A stretch of 64,000 bases of DNA from the human T2T-CHM13v2.0 reference genome, Homo sapiens. A program made the position numbers and the translations under genes. A model generated the notes under the pieces. The model did not search any database, had not been told where the DNA came from, and worked only from the letters and a program-made list of their open reading frames with translations. Positions 15,425-29,078 of the stretch are shown one piece after another; position 1 is the stretch's first letter; every line of letters starts with the position of its first letter. The stretch is from assembly GCF_009914755.1 (NCBI RefSeq), contig NC_060932.1, one strand, 5' to 3'.

Positions 15425-16359
15425 TCTTGACCCACTATAAATCCTGTTTTCTCTGCCATCTCCCCCAGTTACACCCAGGGCAAGTCTATCTTCTTCAAAG
15501 ACATTCAGTCAGCCCACAGCTTTTTATCTTTTCAAACCTTTAATGGCACCATTAGCTACGGAACCTTGATTTCCTTAATTTTTCCCCCACTGTCACTGCA
15601 ACCATCACATGTGGCTCTCAGAGCTTCTAGTTCCCTGGAAACAGGATTTCTATCTGCCATCACCAGGTATAAGGTGCCACCACTTGAAGGGATCTGCCCT
15701 ATCAAAAATGAGGAAATATATTGATCAAAATGGCTGGAGAAAGTGACCAGCCAAAACACAGCTTCACAGTCTTGCCTGTTTTAAGTAGATTCTATTTCCA
15801 TTTTGCCGGTGACAGCACTAAGCAAATAAGCAATGTTGCCAATCCGAGAACAGCCTGCATTCAAGGTATTCAATCAATCAAAGAGAGACAATGGCATTCT
15901 CTCAAAGATCAGATGTTTTGTAGTGCAACTATGTTGTTCTGTTTTTCTTTACTTCAATTATCAGATAGACAGGAAAAAATACAACAAAATAGCATGTAGT
16001 TGATTTGCCAAAAATAAATAGCAAAGAAAAAACAAGAATAACTAGAAAACACGTGACAATTTTAGAAAAAATGTAATCACATTTCCAATTACTAGACAAG
16101 ATATAAATAAAGAGCATTTATAAAATGTTTAAATCCATTCTTTTAAAACGATAAACAACTTCTCTAACTGGAAATTACTGTGCAGCTGCTACTTTGTATT
16201 TTATTGGTATAAAATAACTTTAGAGTTCTATTTCATTGCATTGCAAAGGTGTAATACTTTGCCATAATTAGGTTTAAATCTTGCAAAAATAGAAACCTGC
16301 ATTTTTTGGTTTTATATTAGTTTTTTTAGGTGATGCTATTCAATGGGAGGATATAATTG

Positions 16360-16520
16360 CTGTTTCTATGACCTTGGGTAAGTCATTTAACCCCTCTGAA
16401 CCTTGGTTTCCTTCTTTGGTTGAAAATAGAGACAGTAATACTTGACCTCTCTCTCCAGATTTTGATCAGGTTAAAGAGGCCAATAAAAATGAATGTGATT
16501 TTGTAAATAGTGATACACAC
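16360..16520 (+). mobile_element. MIR SINE
   Basis: TGACCTTGGGTAAGTCATTTAACCCCTCTGAACCTTGGTTTCC. Confidence 0.75.
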
Positions 16521-18362
16521 ATCTGATGCACTGTTGTGTATTTTTGCACCTCCTCAGCAGTGCTCTAGCTAGTCTGTCCTTGTCCTTGTCAACTGTACGT
16601 GAACATGATGCCCTCTAGTGACTGCACTTTGTAGATGCTGTAGGCCCCAAGGAAGCCTTGAGAGGAAAAAAGAGCTTAATGAAGTTAGAGAAGGGAAGGG
16701 AGGCCCGTAGCGGAAAATTATGGGTTATAAACCAATAAAAGCAGCAGGAAAAATAAGCAGCAGCTGACTATGAGTAAGAGGACAAGATGCACAAAGAGGG
16801 AGAAGAGAAAATAAGCAGAATAGAGAGAGAGGTGAGATGTAGCTGATTTTGGAAAAGTTCACTGTGGCCTGGAAGGAGAGGAACAGGAATCTCTGCCCAG
16901 CTTTGTTTATAACCGGCAGTAGGTCCTTCCGTTCATGTAAGCTCTGCCCTCCACAACTCACCCTGTGACTGCAAAATGAGATAGTTAAAATTAAGGTTCA
17001 GAATTCTTTGAGTCAATGTAAGAAGATGAGCGAAAAGTACAATGAAAATGAGAACTGAAGGAGGAAGAGTCTGTGGAAGCAATTTCCAGAATCTTGTTTA
17101 CTGTGTCTAAGGTCACCTCAGTATTGCAGTAACTTAATAACAACCAAGCGGCTGAATGAGGCAAGCTCAGGTGGGGTTTGGTCGATCGCAGGATGATCCT
17201 GTACTCTTGTAGTAACAGGAGTGTTTTGCAGTACAGCTCCACCCTTCACAAGGATCCAGCCCCTGTGAGATTGCATCCTCTTAGACTGAATGCCTAGGAG
17301 TCTCACTGACTACCTGTCTGAAGAGCTCCTTCTTCTTTTCTGAATTAATCCTTCTTTACTTAGAACTATCTGAGGATCAAGTGATCTTCCAGTGGGAGGA
17401 TATTTAAACCCAGCTTCCCCTTGCAAATTACAGATGCTATAATCCTGTCTGCATTAGGCTTAGGTCATGCTTTCTCTAAACGAACTGTGTATTACAGGAA
17501 AGTAATCAAAGTCCACAAGAACTGTGTAATTAAACCAGTGATGGTGCAAATAATCCAGAAGTCTGTCATTGCTCTCTCTAGACAAAGGATCACTCAAAGA
17601 TGAGAATTTGAACTAATTTTACTGAAAGACAGGATGATGCAGCTGAATGGAAAGAACACTGCATAGGGGTCAGAAGGTGTGGATTTTCATTCTGACATGG
17701 ACATTTGCTATCTGCCTGATCTTCTGCAATATTCTAAACTTAACAAAGCCTTATCTATACAATGGGAATTAATCCATTTATTCATATATATTAAAGATTT
17801 TCAATGTGCCAGGCACTGTGTTAAACTCCCAGATGGCAGTGAGAAACAAACTCTAGAATTTCTGAGTCATGATAAAGATGAAACAGGTGTTATATTTTAA
17901 AACTCGAAATGTCATAACAGTGTAAGGTACTATGCATTCCTAAAGCAACATAAAACAATAGGGATTTTTCCAACCTTAAAGAGCAGCATTTAAAATTGAG
18001 TCTTGCCTTGGGAGCCTGTGACCCACGGGAGCATTGGAAATGACATCAACCACGAAGTCTTTTTTCTTCCAGTGAAATGCAAAACCTGCTACCTCCCTGG
18101 AGCTATTAGCTTGGCCAAATAGTCCTCTAGTTAGTAAGTGGACAAAGTAGTTACTGCATGGCTAACTGCAACTCTTCATTTAAATATTTCCCTCATGTCC
18201 AGATAGGATATGTCTAATATCATATGCCTAATAGCTTTTCAGCATCTTTCCACACAGAAAGAAAGGGAAATAAGCCTTGTCATAGCCATGAAGTGTCCCC
18301 ACCACCAGAGTTTCTTCTCTGCTACCCCTATGCTGCCTAGGAATGCTAAAACTATTTTATGG

Positions 18363-18379
18363 GGCCACCAGGTGGCAGT
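18363..18379 (+). promoter_or_regulatory. CTCF core motif
   Basis: GGCCACCAGGTGGCAGT matches CCASYAGRKGGCRS. Confidence 0.6.
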
Positions 18380-21300
18380 TAGGGCAAATGGTTTTAGTTT
18401 TTTTCTTTCTACATTCTTGGGGAAGACCAGGGGCTTAGGAATGGAGAAGCAAGCCTTGGAAATAAAAGCATTATGGAGCATTTGGGGGTGCCAGGCCCTG
18501 TGCTATATGTGATATATGCAATACCTCACCCAATCCTTATATCAATATCTGTTAAATATACTATTGAACAGGTGAAGATAGAGTAATATGGGAAATAAAA
18601 CATCTTCCGTAATAAGCAGCTAGAAAGTACCACAATGTAAATTCAACTGCAGAAGACATGACACCACAGGGAAATTTCGTTTCACTGCAGCAGTGTCTAA
18701 AAACTGAAGATGGGGAAAGTGTAGAGTGTGTTATTAAAATGATTTTTTCAAAAGGTTTTAAGAGTCTAAATAAATTGCATAATTAGTCAGTTTCCTTCCT
18801 CCTAGTCTTCCTACCTTTAGTCTTTATTTTTAGCTCTCCTGAGTTTGTAGTTGTTCTCCTTCCATGGTTTGATTCTCTCCTTAGCTTTCAGATTCTATAC
18901 ATTTCACTTCTCTTTATAAATAATTTTTAAAAATTCTTCATGTGAACCTGTTCAAGAACCTGTTGCATTGAGGACTGAAGATATGGCTCTAGATTCCTTA
19001 CTGTTTCCGGTAGAGAATCTGCAGAGAGAATATTTCACTGAAGCAAAATTATAAATGGAACATTTGACTTTATATTTCCATGTCCCCAAAGATTTACTAA
19101 ACATTAGATCTGATTTGGCCAACTTTTTCTACCAATATTTCCGGCTCTTGATATGAAACTAGTTAAAGCTATTTTTTCCCTTCAATCAGCACATTTTCAA
19201 ACTTAGAACATCTATTACTCAAATTTGGCATAAAATTATGCAGCCAGCTCATTATCCACTTTCTGCATATTGCCAAGGGCTCGCTACGTATGTGTGTTCT
19301 GGTTGGCAGACATTTTGGGTAACTACTATTCTCAATTTGTACCTACTTTATTTCAATACATGTTTCAAGATGAGTGTTAAAGGGTACATTGCTTTAGGAA
19401 ACTTGTCTTTTTCTGGCATTTGAACTTGCCTAAATTAGAAAAAAAAATTCTGGTTCTAGTCCTTTTTTTCTAAAAAAATATTCCAAATCATTAGATGAAA
19501 CTGTTAAAGATAACGTTTGGAAAGTTTGTCTCCTCTTCGGTGATTAAAAAGTGCTTTCCATTTTTGGCCCATGGCTCTTTTCCTGGGGCATAGCATTTGA
19601 TTATAAAGCTTTTCTGATGAAAGTATCACAGGACAGCAAACATGAGAATGGGAGAAATAATTTTGCATGCAATTTTTTGTCATCTGGCTGCACTGTATGG
19701 GAAATACATTTTCCCTGTCAAAATGTCAAGTTGTTTTGACTTCACAACAAAAGAGGAAGGAAGTTCTTAAATGTAGAACAATAACTCAGCTCACTGCTGA
19801 TTTCTATTTGTTCTATCCTTACATCACAGTATAGAGATAGAATGTGTCCTACAAATGTCCATGCAGCAACTCATATTCACTTGGCATAATTTTGTTTATT
19901 GTTTGAGAAAGTAGTATTTTGGGTAAAAATTCTGAAACAGGCAGTGAGTATGTCTGAGTATTTCTGGCAAGGGCTATTTCTTCCTTTCTCCTTTTACTCT
20001 GGAGTTTTCTTGAACTGAGCTGTTTGGACAAATGACACATATTTCAAGAATTCCAACTGTGGGAGTGTTTCACTCACAGGATTTTGCTTTCTTCTAAGAG
20101 CCAGGTCTGGTGAACACTCTCAGGAGCTTTGTAACATGTTCCAAGCTATGCAGAAGTGCTTAGTTCATTCACTAGTCAAAGACTAACACATTTACAGCAA
20201 TAAAATGCATTATAAGCATTCTTTCTTCATGAATCTATTCATCCCATTAAAAAAGCAGGAATTCCAATTAAGTGAGGTAAAATATGCTAAGTAGTACAGT
20301 ATAAGATTTTTAAAAATTACACCATGTTTTTCATGGATTATTTTAAGAAAAAAACTATTTTAAGAAAAAACTGTCCTATTTTTGGAAGGTCTAGTCCCAA
20401 ACTGCACAGGAAAGTTAGAGGTAAACTGTTAAAGTCTTTGAGAACTGGCATTTTTCAAGCCGCAGTGAATGAAATCAAGCATTCCTCTGTTTCTCCTTTC
20501 CTTTCGGAATTTCTTTTCCTGAGGCTTGAGAAGGCAATACTGGTCTTACTTTTCACATGAGTCAAGTTTATACTAGCTGAGCACCCTGAATCATTAACGT
20601 CTTTCTCCCCAGGGGAGACCAAGCTCAAATCCATCATCAGAATACATACTTAGACCCTCTCCCTTCTTTCTGGCCCCCTGCTTCTTAGGAATGTGCTCTA
20701 ACCACCACAGCATTCCTGATCACCACCTCCAGATGACAAAAAGAAAAAATGAGTGGCAGTGAACCAGAAGAGCTTAGGCCATCTATTTTATCCTAAAATC
20801 TGTTCAGAAATACGAGGTTTGTATCAATTAGTAAGCACACTGGGAATACAGGTATACAAGTTGTTAGCAATATTTGGTTATATAATGTCTATAGATACTT
20901 ATTTTGCTTTCTCTCAGATATTAAGAATTATGTCTTTCCTTTAACCTCCATCATTTGTTTTTCTACTTTGGTGGAAGCTTTTTGTTTGTATCTTTACTGC
21001 AACAGTGAATTTATCCTTGGATTTCTCCATTATGATTGGCAGTATTTATACAATAATTTCTTGGTATTCGTTAATTGATACCTTATATTCACTATTTTCC
21101 CCCAAAGCTGAGTAAAGAATAGAATGAAATGGCCTATACTTATCAGTGTAAATGGATATTAGAATTGCTGCTCTTATTCCAAAAAATAGCACTCAAAGTT
21201 CACAAATGAAAGTTAATAACTGAATTTTAGTAACAACAACTTCAACTTAAAAAATTCCATGTAATTAATAGCTCATGAGTCCCACTGAGATAGGTTGAAC

Positions 21301-22509
21301 TTCATAACTTCTAAAGCCTTTTATGTTTCTACTACTTTTCAGTTCTAATGTTCAATAGTAGCGTGAGTATCTGGTTAGTTTCAGTATAAAAAAGATGATA
21401 CCCACTTGTGATATGATTCTACTTTCAATGTCACGGTGGAATCATTTATTAGTTTTTTAATTTAATTTTTCACATGTGAGTGTGATACAGAACACCTGAT
21501 TTTTCTACACTATAGGATGTCAGTTCAGTAAATCGATTTTCCTCATTAGCAACTGCTTATCAATGACTATGCTGTATAGAAAGCAAGAGTATTATACTCT
21601 ATTTTTGATCACAGATAATTGAAGTAAATTTAATTAGATCCATATGAAAGAAATAAGAACTCTCACAATTGTGACATATATACGTGTCTGTGCATATGTC
21701 ATATCTTAGTATATGAGGTATTTGCATGTGCATACTTACCAAGTTAAACGACCTCCTATCCCACAAAGTTCTCTTTAGAAATAAACTTGAGTCTCTTGTT
21801 TGTGAAACCAAAGAGAATTTCCCGCCAAAGAAATACCTACAAAGAAGTGTAGGTAAAGAATTCAAATGATTGACTCAGGCTTAAGATGATTTGATAGCTC
21901 TTTCTGCACCAAGAAACACAGAAAATCTCAAAGCAGGCCTGTGCCAACTTGGTATAAAAAAAGCCTTCCTAAAGAGTGCATTATCTTCAATGGGAAACGT
22001 CGCAGTACACCTTGGCATCACCAGGTCAATTAGTGCACCGGAAAGATGCATGATATTTCCTGTTGGCAGCCACGAAGTGAGAGAATTGGACGGCTACTAG
22101 CCCTGTTGTGTGCCAAGGCCTAAAAATCATGCAAGGAGGTGAAATGATGCGTGCCAAGAAAATAGCAACCACAGGAAACAGCAAATAATGTAAGGTTTTG
22201 TGTCTTTACTCTAGATGTAAATACTCATTTACCAGGGCAGCTTTAAATTGACAGCTTTTGGGTTTGTGAGGATATTGTGAGTCAGGGTTCTCCTGATTGG
22301 GCAAGATGAACGAGTGAACAACATCACTAGGGGGCCGGAGTAGATGAGATACTCACTCATTCGTGTGCCTGCTTTAGCACCAGCAGTGTGGGAATGGGGA
22401 GAAGGCCAATGGTCTCAAGGCAGTTTCCAGCTCTCTGGCAAACAAGATAAGGCCATGGCTGTAACAGACACCCTCTGCCAGGTTCTAAAATCTCTCTCTT
22501 ATGACCTTT

Positions 22510-22682
22510 TTAAGATCTTTAAAGCACCGTCTGCCCTTGGCCAACAAAAGAGAAAAAACAGAGTCAATGCGGAAAATGCTGCCAAGACAACATTTTCTTC
22601 TTAAGATCCTAAAAGCACCATTTTCCCTTTGCTAACAAGACAGGAGCAATAAAGAGTCAATTAGGAATATGTTGCCAAGACA
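22510..22682 (+). repeat. Diverged 91-bp tandem duplication
   Basis: TTAAGATC...AAAGCACC...GAGTCAAT...TGCCAAGACA units start at 22510 and 22601. Confidence 0.85.
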
Positions 22683-23629
22683 TTGGCCATATAATTTCTA
22701 CTCCAGTCGGTTTTGGGTTTGATGCAGTTTAGAATTCTCTAGACACATTTTTTCATTTTTTTTTCTTACTAGAACGCAGAATGTTTTTGAGAGTAGAGGT
22801 GGATGGCACTGCTCATTAGAAATAGCTGTCCTGCCCCAGAACAATCTTCAAGACAAAGGTTGCAAGACTATCTTTGACCTTCCTGTCCCTAAACACTCCC
22901 CAACCCCAAGCCAAACACGCGCCTAAAAGTTTTCACACCTTGCCCTTTACTAACAGCAATCATATTTAGGAGGAATATATTATTGTTAGTCAGGAAACTC
23001 TACCTGGCTTCAGGAGGTAGCTTAGTGGGTATTTGCTAAGTCTGATACCTTTCCTTTCAACATTTAGCTGAGATTACCTATACTAAGAGCACGAACTACA
23101 ACTGTGGAAAACAGAAGAAAGGAGAATGTTCTCCAAATCAAAGTGTGCTAAGGTCAGCTTGGGGCAGCCAACAATTCCTGGAAGGTGACAGAGATAAAGT
23201 TGCAGAGAGGGAAATGGTTGAAGACAAATGTCTCACGCCTTAAAATGTTGCTAAAGTAAGATGGCTGTTTGGATGAGTCATCAACAAGAACATCACCTTT
23301 GCTCTCTTCCTGCCACCCCTGCACTTCTCAGGCTACTGCTCCTAAAACCTAGAACTCAGGAGTGATGGAAATAGAGGGCACCCATGGCAAGGAAGAAATT
23401 GGAGAGTAGGAAACTCAGGGAAGTTAATCCTGAGGAAAGTGGAAAGTGACTAAAACATTTTGAGCAGAGAAAAGTCAATAAATCAAATATAGAAACAAGA
23501 GATGATAGGAGGTTCTCATAACAGTCCAAATGAGAGGACCAAAAGGCCTGGAGTCACGTCATTGCAGTAAAATGGAAGAAAAAACAAGAGTATAAATGAA
23601 GTGTCAAAGATGTTAAGAAACAGGATCTT

Positions 23630-24000
23630 TTAAAAAATTATTTTTAATTATTATGGGTACATAATAAGTGTATATATACATGGGGTACATGTGAAATTTT
23701 GAAATTTTGATACATACAATGTATAATAATCTTATCGGGGCAATTGGGGTGTCCATCACCTCAGGCATTTATCATGTCTTGTATTAGAAACAGTCCAATT
23801 CTCCTCTTTTAGCTATTTGAAAATATACAATAAATTATTGTTGAGTATCATCACTCTGTTGTGCTATCAAATACTAGATCTTATTCTTTCTATCTAACTA
23901 TGCTTTTGCACCCATTAACCATCCCCACCTTCTCCCCATGCTGGCTATCCTTCCTAGCCTCTGGAAACCATCATTCTATTATCTATCTCCATGAATTCAC
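23630..24000 (-). mobile_element. L1MA 3' end inserted in L2-like sequence
   Basis: ATGGGGTACATGTG...GTGCTATCAAATACTAGATCTTATT; TSD-like AGAAA(C/T)AGGAT(C/T)TTT on both flanks. Confidence 0.85.
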
Positions 24001-24534
24001 TAGGAGAAATAGGATTTTTGACTAATGGGTCAGAAGAAGCAAAGGAAAGGAAAGGAAAGGAATAAAGAATGACTCAGGTTTCTTGCCTAGGAAATTGGTT
24101 AAAAAAAGGGTATTTTTAATTAAAAAAGGAGAGTTGAATAGGAGACTAATTTGAAGGAGAAAATAGCCTATTTTTAGATGTATTAAATTTATCAAATTTG
24201 TGTGCTGTATATCAGGGCTCAATCACAATTCTGGCATAAATTTATATATTTTATAGAACATTATTAACTTGAAAGAAATGCATGTATTTTGTTAATTGAT
24301 AGAAACAAGATCAAAGGGCATATTATATTATTATTCCGCTTTGTAAGGAAAAATAGGTTTTGCATATTTATATAAAAAGGGAAATTGAATGTGATATACT
24401 CTGGGGTATTAATAATAATTGTGAATTAAATTCCTTTCTTTAGTTTATATTGCTGTCTCAAATCTTCTGATTTTTCTACCTTGAATGTAAATTTTTTGTT
24501 TGTAATATGGCACTTTAAATTAAAGTTGTTTTTC

Positions 24535-25119
<585 letters not shown>

Positions 25120-25920
25120 TAAAATTTATTTTTCAAAAACTTGATGATTCAAATCATTGAAGATGCTCTTATGCCAAAGAAAAGGTAGTTCTAGGAAGTT
25201 CATGGAATCTTACAAACACCTTTACAGCTCAACAGAATTGCAAAGATGGGTAGTGTTTTGTTTTGTTTTGTTTCTCTGATTGTTCTACAGCTTATAGATA
25301 CTGAGGTTACATTTTATGAAACAAAAGTAAGAATACATGATTTAAAAGTAAGATCAATTCCTAAAAATTGGACCTGAAAATTTTATGGATAGAGTAGATA
25401 GACGTGTAGAATTCATCCCAGCATAGAGTTGCTGGGATATTACTGGTGCTTCTTCACAGGGAAAGAAACCTGGCTACCCAGACTACAAAGGGAAAGGGGG
25501 AAAATGGCCTATAACTCATATCAGGTGAATTAGCAAACATTCTCATTTCAGACGATTTTTGCTGTCCCTGGTCATGAAATTTCCTTAACTGGGTTCTATC
25601 TTTTACTTTTTATCCCAGGCTTTTAGCAAGGGTCATAGGAAAATGGCCATTTCCACATATCTGGTATATCCCATTTGAAGATATTGCCTAACAAACATTA
25701 CTCAGGATCCCTTGCATAAAAACCTCCATGATAAATTTCTTCTGTACTTTTTTCCCCAAAAAGCTGGATTCTCCTGTAAAACTGTTATCTATTCTCTTTA
25801 TATATTATAATTATGGAATTCATTATCATTTCTACTCTTATCTACATGACTAGGTCACCAACAGCTAATTATATAGCTAATTCATGGTAGTTAATTTTAT
25901 TTACTTCTCTTAAGTCATGA

Positions 25921-26320
<400 letters not shown>

Positions 26321-26425
26321 ATGAGTGTACATTATAAATAAATACCAATAATGTACTTTCACATATGAAAAGGCTATAAAAGTATGCAAATATATTATGG
26401 CAACATCTGTTAAGGGATAAAGTGA

Positions 26426-26786
<361 letters not shown>

Positions 26787-28046
26787 TCAGAAGAATAGTA
26801 TAAACCTTATGTGTTCATATAAGCAGTAGAACCTATCCCTAATAGTTGGATTTTATTGTGTAAGTGTTTCATTAAGGAATGTCTGAAACATGTCCAGATT
26901 TTTATTTCAGTGGCTTAGTTTTGCCACAGAACTTCAGTTTTATAAATGTGTGTACTGGCTTAACTGTGAAAGTATTAAAATTATTGTATTGATTTTTGCT
27001 TGCAAATGAAATTCATAAACAGAATTATCACTGAAATTTACATGCAAGAGAAATTGATCAAGATGATTTGAAAACTTATGGAAAGATTGAAGGTTGCCAA
27101 AATCTTTCTCTTTCTAACTTCCTACCTTTATGTACATTTACACTCTAATCACAGGTATTTACAGGCCTTAATTTTAACGAAAATGAAGAAAACCAAGAAA
27201 GAAACAGCTCTTTAGAGCAATGGAAAATCTTCTATGATTTCTCACTGACATTGGCTAGATACTCTGCATTTATGAGCAATCATGCATGTATATCATCAGA
27301 TTTAACCTTCACAACAATTCCATATATATTATCAGATTTAATCCTCATAATAGTTTGCTATCCTAGGTTTTAGTTTAGAAAACTGAGCCTCCCATAAGCT
27401 AAGAAGTTACTTGTCCAATATCACAACTTTAGATAATGGTAGACTTAGATTAAATCCATATTTGCTCGCTCTACATTCCATATTCTTCCCATTTAATTGA
27501 ACAAGATTTTGGAATAAAGTTGAAATCCACAAAAGGAATAGGACAGTGACTTCACAATAAAAATATTAAATGTGGCAGAAAGTATGGATGTCAATGGAAT
27601 GTAAATTCTGGGCCTCCTCAAAAACTTGATATACTCATCCTGTGTTAGTTGTGAAATAAACAGGTTGGAGAGTGAGGAAATGTGGTTTTTGTTCCCAGAG
27701 TCATTACTGACCAACTGTGTGCTTTGATATTATATTTGCTTTCTGATACTAATTATATTAATTCTCGCTCATAGAAATCTTCCCTCCTTCATACCCCACC
27801 TCTGTTTGATTCTTAATCTCATACATAAGAGGTTTTTATTCAATGTCTCATTTTTCTTTCCAGGACAAGTATGTTGTAAGAATTAATTAGTAGTCTTAGA
27901 ACCATTCAAGCAGTAGGTTCTAATTGAGTATTTTTCTCCCCGGTTAGCACAGCACCCTGTCAGAGCCCTCAAAGTCAGACAAAGAAGGATGAAACATGTT
28001 TTGGTCCTTAATAAAGAACTGCTGATTGACTGTTTGAAAAACAAAT

Positions 28047-28320
28047 GCCGCACACCTGTAATCCCAGTGCTTTGGGAGGCCAAGGCAGGAGGATTGCTTG
28101 AGCCTAGGAGTTTGAGACCAGCCTGGGCAATATGATGAAACCTAATCTCTACAAAAAAAAAAAAAAAAAAAAAGAGCCGGGCATGAACCTGTAGTTTCAG
28201 CTACTTGGGAGACTGAGGTGGGAGGATCGCTTGAACCCTAGAGGCAGAGTTACATTGAGCTGAGATTATGCCATTGCACTCTACCCTAGGGTGCAAGATT
28301 CTGTCTCCAAAAAATGAAAA
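28047..28320 (+). mobile_element. AluJ, degenerate
   Basis: GGAGGATTGCTTGAGCCTAGG; expanded middle A run; TSD-like TGAAAAACA. Confidence 0.9.
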
Positions 28321-28387
28321 ACAGCTGTATGGTTTGGAGAGCCAGTGGCTGACAAACTGAAGGTCATGGCTAACAGAGTCTCCATAT

Positions 28388-28670
28388 CAGTGAATCTCAA
28401 ACATCTGTTTACATAAATAGCATCTTCTTATAAAAAAATACAAATTCTGAGCCCCCATCCCATTATAGTTGGTAAGTCTAGGATGAGACCAGAAGGGGTC
28501 ATTTTAACGAGATTTTCAGATGACTTTGAATTTATATTTAATATTTATTCTGGTTTGCCTGGGGTTGAAGGGTTCCCCAGGGCATGAGACTTTCAGTCTT
28601 AGGCAAACTGGAATAGTTGGTCACTCAGATTTCGGTGCAGTGGTTAAAGTTAACACTTTCAAAAATATTG
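28388..28670. mobile_element. MER5-like element with nested MER81 (~28540-28628)
   Basis: CAGTGAATCTCAAAC start; CTGGTTTGCCTGGGG...GACTTTCAGT...GGCAAACTGGAATAGTTGGTCAC matches MER81. Confidence 0.6.
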
Positions 28671-29034
28671 TAGTGATCTAGATTTGGTTCTAGGAGTTTG
28701 GCTCAATTCAGGGCTAACAAAAAAATCTGTTTAGGGCCACTTGGGGATTAGTGATTCTCAAAAGGTAGTCCTTGAATCACTTACTGAATACCTATAGTTG
28801 AAGAACAGATAACTGCATTTTAACAAGATTCAAAGGCAAATTAATGTTTGATGACCGTTGACATCAAGTCTCAGAATCAGAACTGTTTAACTTCCAAGCA
28901 AATGAAATTACTAAACTCACTTCTCTGAGTGAGGCTGAGAGCAAGAAGTTAAGTATAATGTTTTTTGAGCTAAAATACAGAGTCTACTATCAGAATCCTG
29001 TTTCCCACCATAAGGATTAAGATTTTTTTGTTTT

Positions 29035-29078
29035 TGTGTGTGTATGTGTGTGTGTGTGTGTGAATGTGTGTGTGTGTG
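29035..29078 (+). repeat. Interrupted (TG)n microsatellite
   Basis: Direct inspection. Confidence 0.95.

Noticed and set aside
16991-17306. Overlapping minus-strand ORFs with a few CpGs
   Set aside because: No recognisable homology and no convincing splice-site pair
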